Origin: Octopus bimaculoides | Taxonomy: Eukaryota | Reading direction: 5' to 3' | DNA length: 64,000 nt | NCBI RefSeq assembly: GCF_001194135.2 | Contig: NC_068987.1 | Coordinates: 12,903,096-12,967,095 of the forward strand | Shown here: positions 26,315 through 39,110 of the stretch, piece by piece | Layout of the letters: every line of letters begins with the position of its first letter | Numbering within the stretch: the first letter of the stretch is position 1 | The notes under the pieces: model-generated | Database searches by the model: none | What the model was told of the DNA's origin: nothing | What the model saw: the letters and a program-made list of their open reading frames with translations, nothing else | Position numbers and translations under genes: made by a program

Positions 26315-26556
26315 ACTGCGCCCTTTTAAAGCCTGGCCAGGCTCATGGGCCCGGTTTCCCGGTTTCAATGGCGTATGTGTTCCCCAGCTTGACGGGACGC
26401 CAGTCCATCGCAGCATAACTTCTTTTTGCCAGATGAGTAAACTGGAGTAACGTGAAATGAAGTGTTTTGCTCAAGAACACAACGCGTCGTCCGGTCCAGG
26501 AATCGAAACCACATTCTCACGATCATGATGCTGACACCCTAACTACTAAGCCATGT
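26315..26556 (-). mobile_element. SINE C, near full length
   Basis: Aligns end to end with 30-273. Confidence 0.85.
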
Positions 26557-26709
26557 TTGAGGACGGATAACATCCAGAAACCTAGGTCTGTGAGTATCAC
26601 GTAAAACTAGAGATGGGAGCAATGACCTTTCTTGCAAATAACATATACTTACACAAACTGTGTCGATAGTTAGCTGGAAAAGATTTTTCCTGAGGCTAAA
26701 GCAAAAGTA

Positions 26710-27520
26710 TATGGTGCAGTGAATAGATTGTCGTCTAAATTACGCTAAAATGAAAATAACACTGACATCTCATTTCAACCGATATATTTACCAAATTCAC
26801 ATCAAAATATCCCGAATTACTAAAGTGTAAATTTATTCAAAAAATTTGCCACTGGATTCAACCATGGCCTCCAGATAACTTCGGAATTATTTGCAACTCT
26901 TCTGGACAGTCTCCTTGTTTAAGTTGGTGAATGCTGACAATCTTTGCCTTCAGTTCATTTTTTTGCGTTACAAGGAGTTTTGTTGGTTTCTCACTCAACT
27001 GCGCCCCACACATAATAATGAAGGGGGTTGCAGTCTGGGGAGTTAGGTGGCTAGGTATTAGGAGTGATGTGGTCGCAGAAATTATCTGACAGCCATGACT
27101 GGGTTCTCCTGCTTGTGTGGCGTGGCGCAGAGTCCTGTTGCCTGACATAAGGTCTTCCAGTAGCCACCCTCTTGACCTAAGGCATCTCTACCTCCTCCAG
27201 GCACATGATGTAGGACTCTGCGTTGAGTCTGGGGCCTTGTGGGAAGATGAATGGAGGCATAACGTCACCATCACTAGTGACCACTCCAAATACTATGATG
27301 TTGACTGGATGTTTGATTTTTATCACTCTCGGTACATGTCCTCAGATTGCACTGTCCTTAGATTGACACCCAAACACTCTGAAATGTTCATATTGGAGAT
27401 CCCGGTGCGGATGCCAAGCAGTACAGTATGTCATTTCCAAATTTCTGGCTTAGTGAATTGCGTCATGGTGCTTTTTTTTCTCACAGACGGTGCCCAACTG
27501 GCCCTACTATACTGTGTAGT
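26710..27520 (-). pseudogene. Internally deleted Tc1/mariner DD37D (maT/Bmmar1-like) transposon
   Basis: ATG at 27466: MTQFTKPEIWK*HTVLLGIRTG.. joined directly to KHPVNIIVFGVVTSDGDVMPPFIF..YVRQQDSAPRH..*PPNSPDCNPLHYYVW. 37 residues lie between the second D and the third catalytic position (now H). Several stops. Confidence 0.85.
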
Positions 27521-27712
27521 CGACAGATCATGTATGTATGCACATATATATGTATGTATACACACACACTCACACACAAGCATATACTGACAATACAGGT
27601 GAACATGTATGTAAATTCTCTCACACAGACATATTTATGTACCAATACATACGCGCACTCACATACATACTCGCACACACACGGCATTGTCTGTGTGTGC
27701 GCGCGCGAGAGA

Positions 27713-27749
<37 letters not shown>

Positions 27750-28669
27750 NNNNNNNNNNNNNNNNNNNNNNNNNNNNNNNNNNNNNNNNNNNNNNNNNNN
27801 NNNNNNNNNNNNNNNNNNNNNNNNNNNNNNNNNNNNNNNNNNNNNNNNNNNNNNNNNNNNNNNNNNNNNNNNNNNNNNNNNNNNNNNNNNNNNNNNNNNN
27901 NNNNNNNNNNNNNNNNNNNNNNNNNNNNNNNNNNNNNNNNNNNNNNATATATATATATATACCTAGTTAGCTTTCTTGTTGGTTGTCTATCTGTCTCTCT
28001 GTCTATGTGCCCATCTGTCTACCTACCCTACCATCTATCTATCTATCTATCTATCTATCAGTTTATCTATCTACCTATCTATCTATTCATACTGGTTATA
28101 TAGCCCAAGGTTAATGTAAGCAGTAAACGCCAGATAGCGAACTATACGTATCGAATAATTCTTAAGTGTTTACTCGAACTCAGTTCTCTCCAATTAAATG
28201 TTCACATGCAGCTCGTGAAAATCTTTTCTTCTTTTTTTCTTTTTTGGTTCTTTTTTCTTCTTTTCTCATGTTTTATCGTCGTAAATACAGTGAGTCCGTG
28301 AAGTCACGGTGGCTTTCAATCTTGCAACAAAACTACACGGTGTGTTAAAATCCCACTATGGCTTTACAGACACACTGCATATATCTGTAATTGTGTTTTG
28401 TTTTTTCTTTCAGAAAATTTATTGAGCTGTGGAATTTGAACTGGATTAGAATTAAGAGACCGTAACAATGTAAATAATTACCTGTATTATTTTTGCTACC
28501 TGAACGTTCGCACGAACCGAGAAAATCTGAGTAACGTACGGATGAAATATCATCCTCTTCCGAGTAGCATTCCATAGCATGTATTGTGTATGTTTATTCG
28601 CGTTTGTAAAACCAAATTTAATATATATATATTATACATGCATATATGTATGTGTGCGTATTTTATTTT

Positions 28670-28720
28670 TTATCCTTTACTTGTTTCAGTTATTAGACTG
28701 CGGCCATGCTGGGGCACCGC
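28670..28720 (-). mobile_element. SINE B terminal tail fragment
   Basis: CTTTACTTGTTTCAGTTATTAGACTGCGGCCATGCTGGGGCACCGC. Confidence 0.8.
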
Positions 28721-28725
28721 AAAAG

Positions 28726-28841
<116 letters not shown>

Positions 28842-28854
28842 ATATACAGACCGG

Positions 28855-29558
28855 AATTTATGCCAAGCTACTTGTGAATACAGATATTTTTTACCGCATC
28901 GTCACTGGCGATGAAAAATTATGTCTTTACATCCGTATGAAGCAGAGGAAACAATTGTTGAAGCCCGACATGTAAGCAGCAACTCGAGTCAAACCAGAAC
29001 TGCATCTACGTTAAACGATGATTTACGTTTGAACATTTAGTGAGTTGGGAAGTGTTAATCTACTACGAAATGCTTGAAAGCAACCACAGGGATCAATGAA
29101 GTGTTTTACATTTGGCAAATGCACTGACTTAAGAAGCAATTCAACTAAAGTGATCCGACCATCTACATGATGTGCTTCTTCAACACGACAACACTCACCC
29201 CTACGTCGCTAACTTCACCAGAAATGTTGTTCAAGAGCTCGGTTGAGAAGTTGTACCGCACTCGCCGTATTCTCCTGACATATCGATTTCAGATTACCAT
29301 TATTCCGGTCGATCTCCAACTGTCTGCAAGGTGTTTCGTTCAACAACGGCATGGTGCTGAAAACAGGACTCAATGAATTCATCGAGTCAAGACCCGGTGA
29401 TTTCTACCTCCAAGGCATTGACAAGCTAACGGAATGTTGACAAGAAACCGTGAACAACGAAAAATATATCATTGACTGATTTGTCAAAATTGTTGATGAA
29501 AAATAAGCATTTAAAAAAAATGGAGGAAAAACGAACGAATTTAACTGACTATCCAATT
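28855..29558 (+). pseudogene. Mariner DD34D transposase 3' half with right TIR
   Basis: RIVTGDEKL, LLQHDNTHPY..ELG*EVVPHSPYSPDISISDYH (34 residues D to D), GIDKLTEC*. TIR-like AAAAACGAACGAATTTAACTGACTATCCAAT followed by TA. Confidence 0.9.
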
Positions 29559-29816
29559 AATAACAAGCAAATAATATAGATATGCCAGGAGTGAAGTGTA
29601 GGCAGGAAATTAATGTCTAAATTAATGAAGAGGAAAGCTAAATAGGATGGTACTCCGTGTAAAAAAGGTGAAATCAAACAAGATGCCTGATGAATCACGT
29701 AGATTGTAAAAGATGGCATCATTAGGTTATTAATTAAAAACATTATGGTGACAAGTGATAACAGATTCGATATGTGGTTCTGAGTGAGTCTAAACAAACC
29801 GTAGAAGAAAATATAG

Positions 29817-29953
<137 letters not shown>

Positions 29954-30242
29954 TTTCTGAAAGTACTTTATGGATATAAGTATTAGGAAGACATGTGGTA
30001 TACAAAAATAGATGACTTACGAAAGCTCTAATAAATAATTATTACCGTAGGCATAAGTAGAGATTAATAATGTTGAAAGTTTCAAGTTACTGGTAAATAT
30101 GTGAGAGTATCTGTATAGAAGTAGTTAAAATAACAGAGAGGACCGAAGGAGAAGATGTGGCCTCATTACCTAGTTCCGTACAGAGCAAATTACATATACA
30201 TTTGTATTATATAAATTTTAACATACAAATGTATATTAGGTG

Positions 30243-30548
30243 TAAGTGAAGGTGTGTGGCCTAGTGGTTATGATGTTGCACTCATGATCGCTAGATCGTG
30301 GGTTCGATTCCCAGACTAAGCGGCACGCTGTGTTCTTGAGCTAAATACTTCATTTCATGTTGCTCCAGGCCACTCGGTTGTAAATGGATGACATTACAAC
30401 AGACAAGCTTTCCGATCAGTTGGGAATGTTGGCCCGCTCGTCTAGCCAGTGGGGTAGCATCATTCGAAAGCTAAAACGATGCGCAGCATATTGTGATCAG
30501 CAACGTATAACTGCAGCCGAAAGTCTGATCTATCACGTGATCACGTGA
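30243..30548 (+). mobile_element. SINE with C-type head and body and a third tail type ending (TCACGTGA)2
   Basis: TGTGTGGCCTAGTGGTT..GGGTTCGATTCC..TTCTTGAGCTAAATACTTCATTTCATGTTGCTCCAGGCCACTC, then an unrelated tail. Confidence 0.7.
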
Positions 30549-30856
30549 TATTAGGTGTAGCGGCATTTGTATATGGAACTACGTGGATGAGAGCTGTTAC
30601 AAGAAAAAATATATCATATAACCTATAGGATAAGGAAAACGTTTGTAATGTCTAAAGTTTTAAATCTTTTAGGGACACAGGATAAAATCCACTGATAAGA
30701 TTATTCTTAAGGGGAAGGACATATTCTCCTTGTCACTTCGAGAAAATGCACATTCGATCATAATGTAGTTCAAATTTTATCTAAACAAATGTTCTAAATT
30801 CCTCAATTTTGATATCAAAAACTACTATACCTCCATCACTAAGTTATTACATATAA

Positions 30857-32055
30857 CAGGGTGCATCAGGTTTTTGAGGATACTTTTTACAAAAGCACTT
30901 TCTTCTTACTTTCCAGATAAATAATGTCTGACATCAAGTTGACTCGGCAAACGAAAAGGCACGCTGTAATCGTTGCTTTAAAAGCACTGCAAAGTGATAC
31001 AGAGATAGCTCGCTTCCTGAAAGTTACTTGATCCTTCGTTGTCAAAGTTCAAAAAGAGCTGAAAAATACTGGCGGGAATCCAACATCAGCAGCTAAACAC
31101 AAAACGCATACACACGTGCCTAATACCATCAGAACACATGACTTAATACAAAATGTCCAAGAATTAATCGATAAAAACTCCAGAAAGTCAATCAGAGCTA
31201 TTGGAAAGGAACACAGGGTTTCAGAATGCATCACCAGAAGAGGTATGCATGAGGACATCCGCTACATGTCGTATATGACGTGGGGGGATCAGTTTATGTT
31301 TGTTGTGAGCAGAAAGAATCGTTCGATCCGTGCAAAGTGCTTGTTAAACAAGTTATAACACTAAGAGGCTGGAATGCTTTGGGAGAAAAACTTCGACCAA
31401 GACCAAAAGTTAAACGGAAGGAAGGGCAGCTGATTATACAGAAACCTGAATTAAAATCCATCGGTCATGCATACCATGTTCTAAGTCATTGTGATGGTTC
31501 TAGGAGACGTCAGTAATGAGTGGGTTGTCACGCCTCCTCAATGTTGTTTTACATGGCTTAAGAGTCAATGCCGCTGTCTTCACAGAGATCTTGAAAAAGT
31601 TAAGAATATGCAACAGAAGACGGTATGTCTTCCAAGACTCTGCGCCGTCTCATATACCTAGGACAATCCAAACGTGCATGCGTGCCAATTTTCATGATCA
31701 TGTTCTTCCAGACACATGGCCTCCTAACTCACCAGACCTCAATCCACAGAACAATTACATATGGTACACAGTCAAGAGAGAGGTCAGCCAACACCCCTAT
31801 AACACAATACAATCTCTCAAGCCTGCCATAAACAGCACTATGTCCAAAATTGATAAAGCTCATATGATTCTGATATGTCAATGCTTCCGACCCTATACTG
31901 AAGCAGCCATTGGTGCTAACGGTGGTTTCATTGAATAAGTGCGATAAAAGGATTCTCAACATCATTTGTATCAATTTGCTTTCAAATACAGCTTTTCCTT
32001 GATTATCTATGCGTGGGTTTCTTCTTTTTTTAATTCATACAATTGACCTCAAAAT
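30857..32055 (+). pseudogene. Near full-length decayed Tc1/mariner DD37D (maT-like) transposon
   Basis: CAGGGTG 5' terminus. ATG at 30924 with in-frame TGA at 31029. HTH-like KSIRAIGKEHRVSE. YVFQDSAPSH..WPPNSPDLNPQN (37 spacing, third D now N). Stop at 31938. Right TIR only weakly visible. Confidence 0.9.
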
Positions 32056-32154
32056 ACTTATTAATATTTCTACTTCTGTTTAGTATTAGTTTTTGCATGT
32101 CATCCAAACTCCAGAAATATATTCATCTGAATACATTTCGAGGTTCCTCATTGG

Positions 32155-32478
32155 CCTGGCATTCTGTCGGTTACAACGACGAGTGTTCCAGTTGTTTCGA
32201 TCAACAGAACAGCATGCTTGTAAAATCAATGTGCAAGTGGCTGAGCACTCCACAGACACGTGTACCCTTAACGTAGTTTTCAGGGAGATTCAGAATGACA
32301 CAGAGTGTGACAAGGCTGGCCCTTTGAAATACAGATACCACTCGTTTTTGCTAGCTGAGTGGACTAGAGCAGCGTGAAATAAAGCGTCTTGCTCAAGGAC
32401 ACACCGTGCAGCCGGGAATCGAACTCATGACTTACGATTGCGAACCGAATGCCCTAACCATTAAGTCACGCGCCGTCA
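32155..32478 (-). mobile_element. Chimeric SINE: C body plus E tail
   Basis: Minus strand ..CCACTCAGCTAGCAAAAACGAGT joined to TTCAAAGGGCCAGCCTTGTCACAC..GTGCTCAGCCACTTGCAC. Confidence 0.8.
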
Positions 32479-32807
32479 CTGAAATTCCTTCTTTGTGCAC
32501 AGATGGCTTTCCTTTTCAATATGTTTTCATGCTACTTCGTATTTCTTTTTCCTAACCACTTTCTAAGAATATATTCAGGTTGTCGAGACAGAAAGCAGGT
32601 GCAAAATACCTTTCTGCATTAATGGAGAGAGTTGCGAGGTCGGTTAGGTACTTGTCGGAAACAACTGTACTTTTCTAAAAGAAGTTATGAATTTTTAACT
32701 CATAAGTATACACCCAACAGAAATAACACAAGATGCTATCACCGCGCGTGGGAGCAGTCGTATTACATAACATATATGTTAAATCAATGTTATTATTTAA
32801 ATGCAAG

Positions 32808-33245
32808 TAAGGCGGTGAGCTGGCAGAATCGCTAGCACCCCGGACAAAATGCTTAGCGGCATTTCGTCCGCCATTACGTTCTGAGTTCAAATTCCGCCGG
32901 GGTCGACTTTGCCTTTCATCCTTTCGGGGTCGATAAATTAAGTACCAGTTACGCACTGGAGTCGATGTAATCATTTTAACCCCTTTGTCTGTCCTTGTTT
33001 GTCCCCTCTATGTTTAGCCCATTGTGGGCAATAAAGAAATAAGAAACGTTAGCATGCCGGGCAAAATGCTTCGCGGCATTTCGTCCGCCATTACGTTCTG
33101 AGTTCAAATTCCGCCGAGGTCGACTTTGCCTTTCATCCTTTCGGGGTCGATAAAATAAGTACCAGTTACGCACTGGGGTCGATGTAATCGACTTACCTCC
33201 TCCCACCAAAATTTCAGACCTTCAGCCTATAGTAGACCGGATTAT
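32808..33245 (+). mobile_element. SINE A dimer (tail 2 unit plus tail 1 unit)
   Basis: Junction GCAATAAAGAAATAAGAAACGTTAGC at about 33028-33055. Confidence 0.9.
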
Positions 33246-33579
33246 TTAACTGTTACTTTAAAAATATAAGCATAACATTTACTTATGGGATGGCTTAATA
33301 GGGAGACGAGAATCAAATTTATTGCATAAACTTAAGCTTTTTAATATAATGTAATGTGTGTATGTGTGTGTGTTATTTTCAATTGGTAGAAAGTTAGAAA
33401 AGTGGCTCAAGGACTGAGAGTTTCGTTCATGGCACTTTTCAAACTGGAGTCAATTTCATGGGGACCATGTATGAAACTCGGTCCTTGAGCCACTATCGTG
33501 ACTCTCTGCTGATCAAAAATAATAAAAATACATAGAAGCTCATATACTGAGTTCTGTTTTCTTCTCGAAACTTCTCCGC

Positions 33580-33729
33580 GTGTGTGTGTGTCTGTCTGTC
33601 TGTCTGTCTGTTTGTGTATGTGTGTGTCTGAAGCTAGATAGACAAAGACAGACGAACAGGCAGGCGGACGGGCGGACGGACGGACGAGCAGACAGGCAGA
33701 CAGACACATACACACACACGCACACACAC

Positions 33730-33800
<71 letters not shown>

Positions 33801-33803
33801 TGC

Positions 33804-33860
<57 letters not shown>

Positions 33861-33867
33861 GGCAGAC

Positions 33868-33918
<51 letters not shown>

Positions 33919-33930
33919 CAGATAGACAGA
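33580..33930. repeat. Compound (GTCT)/(GACG)/(GATA)/(GACA) tetranucleotide array
   Basis: Read directly. Confidence 0.95.
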
Positions 33931-35212
33931 TGTAGCGCCAAACATTCGTCGCATTGATGAAGAGACATCTCAACGGGTATTGTTTTTTTTTTAAACCCGC
34001 AGATTCCAAAGATTGTATTTTCTACTCCGTAAAGAAATGGCATTGCCCAACTGCCGATCAAGTTGAACGAACACGGGAATGAGTGTTAAACAGAATTAGT
34101 GTTCCATCGAAAACCAGAATAGAAGATTATGTTTGCAAACATACTTGGTTGTAAGCAGGAGGCATCCACGTTATGTATTTGTACAGCTGCAGTCAGGTAT
34201 ATTTTCATCAAATGACACATTACTGCCTTACCTTTCGTTATGTACGCATACAAACATATACATACATACATACATGCATATACACATATTTATGTTTATA
34301 TATATATANNNNNNNNNNNNNNNNNNNNNNNNNNNNNNNNNNNNNNNNNNNNNNNNNNNNNNNNNNNNNNNNNNNNNNNNNNNNNNNNNNNNNNNNNNNN
34401 NNNNNNNNNNNNNNNNNNNNNNNNNNNNNNNNNNNNNNNNNNNNNNNNNNNNNNNNNNNNNNNNNNNNNNNNNNNNNNNNNNNNNNNNNNNNNNNNNNNN
34501 NNNNNNNNNNNNNNNNNNNNNNNNNNNNNNNNNNNNNNNNNNNNNNNNNNNNNNNNNNNNNNNNNNNNNNNNNNNNNNNNNNNNNNNNNNNNNNNNNNNN
34601 NNNNNNNNNNNNNNNNNNNNNNNNNNNNNNNNNNNNNNNNNNNNNNNNNNNNNNNNNNNNNNNNNNNNNNNNNNNNNNNNNNNNNNNNNNNNNNNNNNNN
34701 NNNNNNNNNNNNNNNNNNNNNNNNNNNNNNNNNNNNNNNNNNNNNNNNNNNNNNNNNNNNNNNNNNNNATATATATATATATATATATATATAAAGATTT
34801 CGCTTAAGCATAGATATACTTATAAGCTGCTGTCAGAACTCAATATACACATGCTTCATGCTTCAGAATAATGTATTAAGCGAGTGCAGGATGTAATATG
34901 AAATTAAAGGAACGCAATGGAAAATTAATTACGTAACTGCATTAGCTTACAGCTGTTTCTGCTATAGAATGCAGTGCACTCAGAGCTGAGCACTTGTGTA
35001 CTGAGTACTTTATAGCTTCCGCTGCGTGCACTGAGTTCTAACAGTGCTAAATTGCCATCCAAAAGCACAACTTCAATAGTCAAATGTGTAGTCACTTCAC
35101 CTGTAAACTTCCTTCCCTTCGTCCACTGGCTCAAGAGTGAAAGGACTGAGAGAGGAGTCTATGTTCACTCGCAACAACACAGCCACCTAAACCAGTTAGC
35201 AAAAACGTTATA

Positions 35213-35375
35213 TGGCGCATGAGTGGCTGTGTGGTAAATGGCTTGCTTACCAGCCACATGTTTCTGGGTTCAGTCCCATTACGTGGCACCTTCGGCAAAT
35301 ATCTTCTGCTATAGCCTCGGGACGACCAAAGCCGTATGAGTGGATTTGGTTGATGGAAACTGAAAGAAGCCTGTC

Positions 35376-35439
<64 letters not shown>

Positions 35440-35510
35440 NNNNNNNNNNNNNNNNNNNNNNNNNNNNNNNNNNNNNNNNNNNNNNNNNNNNNNNNNNNNN
35501 NNNNNNNNNN

Positions 35511-35556
<46 letters not shown>

Positions 35557-35720
35557 TCCTCCATCCACGCTTGACAACCGATGTTGGTTCGGCAAAAGAG
35601 AGCGATAAGTTAAGTACTAGGCTTACAAAGAATAAGTTCTGGGGTCGATTTGTTCCACTGAAGGAGGCGCTCCATCATGGCCTCAGTCACATGACGGATA
35701 CAAGTATAAGAATAAAAGAA
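35213..35720 (+). mobile_element. SINE B, full length, with expanded internal (TA)n(TG)n
   Basis: Head 35213-35378, microsatellite and gap to about 35552, tail to 35720. Confidence 0.9.
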
Positions 35721-36123
35721 TGTTACCAAGACATACTCGCTCGCAAGTGACGGCTGGCTCTAGTTTCATGTATGTGTGTTTGTATTCGTGTTTGTGTGTC
35801 TGTGTCTGTGTGTGTATGTGTCTGTGTGTATGCCTGTGTGTATGCCTGTGTGTATATGTGCGTGTGCATATGCGCGCGTGCTGCGTGTGCGTGCAAAGAG
35901 ATCAAATGAAGCCGTGAACAGTCTGCCGCGCATACAAGCTGAAGAGTCAGTAGTTCGTACCATATCATCAGTACTGCATTAACATTTCTTCTCCAGCATT
36001 CCTTAACCTACTACATGTATATGTGTGTGTATGTGTATGTGTGTGTGTGTGTGAGTGTACGTATATGTATGCATATATGCATATGTGTATGCATATATAT
36101 ACATATAAATGCTTACACACGTA

Positions 36124-36164
<41 letters not shown>

Positions 36165-36975
36165 NNNNNNNNNNNNNNNNNNNNNNNNNNNNNNNNNNNN
36201 NNNNNNNNNNNNNNNNNNNNNNNNNNNNNNNNNNNNNNNNNNNNNNNNNNNNNNNNNNNNNNNNNNNNNNNNNNNNNNNNNNNNNNNNNNNNNNNNNNNN
36301 NNNNNNNNNNNNNNNNNNNNNNNNNNNNNNNNNNNNNNNNNNNNNNNNNNNNNNNNNNNNNNNNNNNNNNNNNNNNNNNNNNNNNNNNNNNNNNNNNNNN
36401 NNNNNNNNNNNNNNNNNNNNNNNNNNNNNNNNNNNNNNNNNNNNNNNNNNNNNNNNNNNNNNNNNNNNNNNNNNNNNNNNNNNNNNNNNNNNNNNNNNNN
36501 NNNNNNNNNNNNNNNNNNNNNNNNNNNNNNNNNNNNNNNNNNNNNNNNNNNNNNNNNNNNNNNNNNNNNNNNNNNNNNNNNNNNNNNNNNNNNNNNNNNN
36601 NNNNNNCAGTCTGCCGCGCATACAAGCTGAAGAGTCAGTAGTTCGTACCATATCATCAGTACTGCATTAACATTTCTTCTCCAGCATTCCTTAACCTACT
36701 ACATGTATATGTGTGTGTATGTACGTACGTGTGTCTACGTACATGCGTATACTGTAGATACAGAGAAATCACCATGCACTAACGGCAAACCTGACAACGT
36801 AATTGCATTGGCGGTATAGTCAATTTATTGTTCAAAGGTTACCTTGGGAATAGGATACGTTATCTTGAGCTAAGCGACATTAGATCATTCAATCATTGGA
36901 AACTAGTATTGTTCATGAAACCCCGCTCCGCATGACTCAATTACTTTGACCACTCCTATGGAATAGCTCAATATA

Positions 36976-37102
36976 CAGGGTGTCCACAAAGTCTGGGTAC
37001 ATGGGGATTAACACATACTTTAAGAAATTAATATTCCTTATGTTTAATTGCTTATGTTAGGATTTTACTTATTCCATGTACCCAGACCTTGTGGACACCC
37101 TG
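36976..37102. mobile_element. Tc1/mariner MITE, 127 bp, TA TSD
   Basis: TA-CAGGGTGTCCACAAAGTCTGGGTACATGG ... CCATGTACCCAGACCTTGTGGACACCCTG-TA. Confidence 0.9.
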
Positions 37103-37186
37103 TAGTTGTCTTTGCTGACGGTACCACTGTAATCTGTTGAATAAAAGTGACGCTACAATACTTTTAGTGAATCTAAACTCTAGACT

Positions 37187-37468
37187 CGTGGAGGCACATG
37201 GCCTAGTAGTTAGAGCAGCGAACTCGCAGTCGAGGGATCGCGGGTTCGAGTCTCACACCGGGCGATGTATGTGTTTATGAGCGAAACACCTAAGCTCCAC
37301 GCGGCCTTCTGGCAGAAGGTAATAGCGAACTTCTGCTGACTCTTTCGCCACAACTTTCTCTCACTCTTTCCTCCTGCATCTAGCAGTTCACCTATACGCC
37401 AATGAAACCATGAAACCGGCTCTCATGAGCCAGGCATGGCTCGAGAAGGAACAAACGGCAACAACAAA
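37187..37468 (+). mobile_element. Chimeric SINE: E head and body plus C-like tail
   Basis: GGAGGCACATGGCCTAGTAGTTAG..GAGCGAAACACCTAAGCTCCACG..CCACAACTTTCTCTCACTC, then TACGCCAATGAAACCATGAAACCGGCTCTCATGAGCC. Confidence 0.75.
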
Positions 37469-37964
37469 ACTAAACTCATGGCTGGATGAAGACCCATAGA
37501 CCCCCAAAAACTTAAAAGATTTTGGTGACCACATATATATATAATCCAACATTTACACGGTGACCATATATATATGTAACCCAACATATAAGCCGTAACG
37601 TAATTTTTTTGTTTTTCAAAATAAAACAAAAACTAACAGTAAGATGGATAATAATGTTTATTTTTGTATACTTTCGCTTTATTTATATTTGGAAAGTTTT
37701 CTTTTTTTAATTGCAAAGTCTTTGATCAGAGCCCCACTATGATACCATGCATACTACGTAATCATTTTTCCGATAATATAAACCACTTCGAATATTATTT
37801 TTTGCACAGGGTTTGAGGTATAATGAGCAGATGAAAGGAAGAGAGAGACAAGTGCTCGAATGAAGTTGTACAAAACAAGCAAGTTCCGAGGGGCAGCAAC
37901 TAGGATAGAAGCGTTAAAAAACGACGGTGAGTGAGAGAAGACTGTACGTCTGTGGGTCGGATGC

Positions 37965-38180
37965 TTGAGTGAGCTGGTAGAATCGTTAGTACGCCCGGCA
38001 AAATGTTTTGCAGCACTTCGTCCGTATTTATGTTCTGAGTTCAAATTCTGCCGAAGTCGACTTTGCCTTTCATCCTTTCGTGGGTCGATAAAATAAATAC
38101 CGGCTGAACCCTGGGGACGATGAATCGACTTACCGCCTCCCCGAAATTGCTGGCCTTGTGCCAAAATTTGAAACCAATAA
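37965..38180 (+). mobile_element. SINE A
   Basis: Full body match. Confidence 0.85.
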
Positions 38181-38656
38181 TATTAAACTGCTTAAACAAT
38201 TAACTAATTATTTACTTGATTAATTGATATTTCAGTGAATCGATGTTCTCTTGTATACCTTCAATAAAACAATAACTAATTTGTTATTTAAATGTATGCT
38301 GTACCTTATTTTTTTTTCCGTGTGACCTGTTTTCTCTGACTATTTTTACATGTGACGTTTTTTCTAAATTCATATATACATAAGTACACACACACACACA
38401 AGCATTTATACAGATATATTGTCTAGGCTTTGTTTTTAAGGTTGCCTTTATGGTCAGTATGTCACGCTAGGTTACTTCAAGGAAAGTAGATAGGTCAAGA
38501 ACTAAAAATAAGATAAAATAAAATTCAATATATCATAGAAAAATACCTGAAGCGATAAGTAGGAAAGAACAAGTTTAAACACGCTCACTATATCGCATCT
38601 ATTGAACCTTCCATTCAGAAAGCACTATAGAAATGAAGGAATATTTTCGGGTCACC

Positions 38657-38889
38657 TTGTTACTTGTTTCAGTCGTTGAACTGTGGCCATGCTGGAGCGA
38701 GGCTTTGTCGGTTTAGTTGTACAAATCTACCTCCATTGGGGGTACTTGTTCTATTGCTTTCTTTTGTTGCACTGCTACGTTTAGGGGATGTAAACAAACC
38801 AGTACCGGTGTCCAGCGGGTGATGGGGAAAATATAAATATGAAGACAGAGACACGCACTCTGTAGGTGTGTGTGTCTGTATCTACCTGT

Positions 38890-38935
<46 letters not shown>

Positions 38936-39110
38936 GCATGCATAGATACATACATACATACATACATATGTATGTATGTATACATCTATGTATTAATATA
39001 CATGTATATATGCACACACATGCACACATACATATAAATGTATACGACGGGATTTTTCACAGTTTCTGTCTACCAAATTCACTCACAAAGCATTGGTTGG
39101 CCCGGCACTA
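38657..39110 (-). mobile_element. SINE B with internal (GATA)/(CATA) compound microsatellite, 5'-truncated
   Basis: Tail 38657-38850, repeats 38860-39040, head piece 39043-39110. Confidence 0.8.

Noticed and set aside
35939-35975. CTGAAGA (+) and CTGATGA (-) motifs
   Set aside because: No GAAA or stems in hammerhead order.
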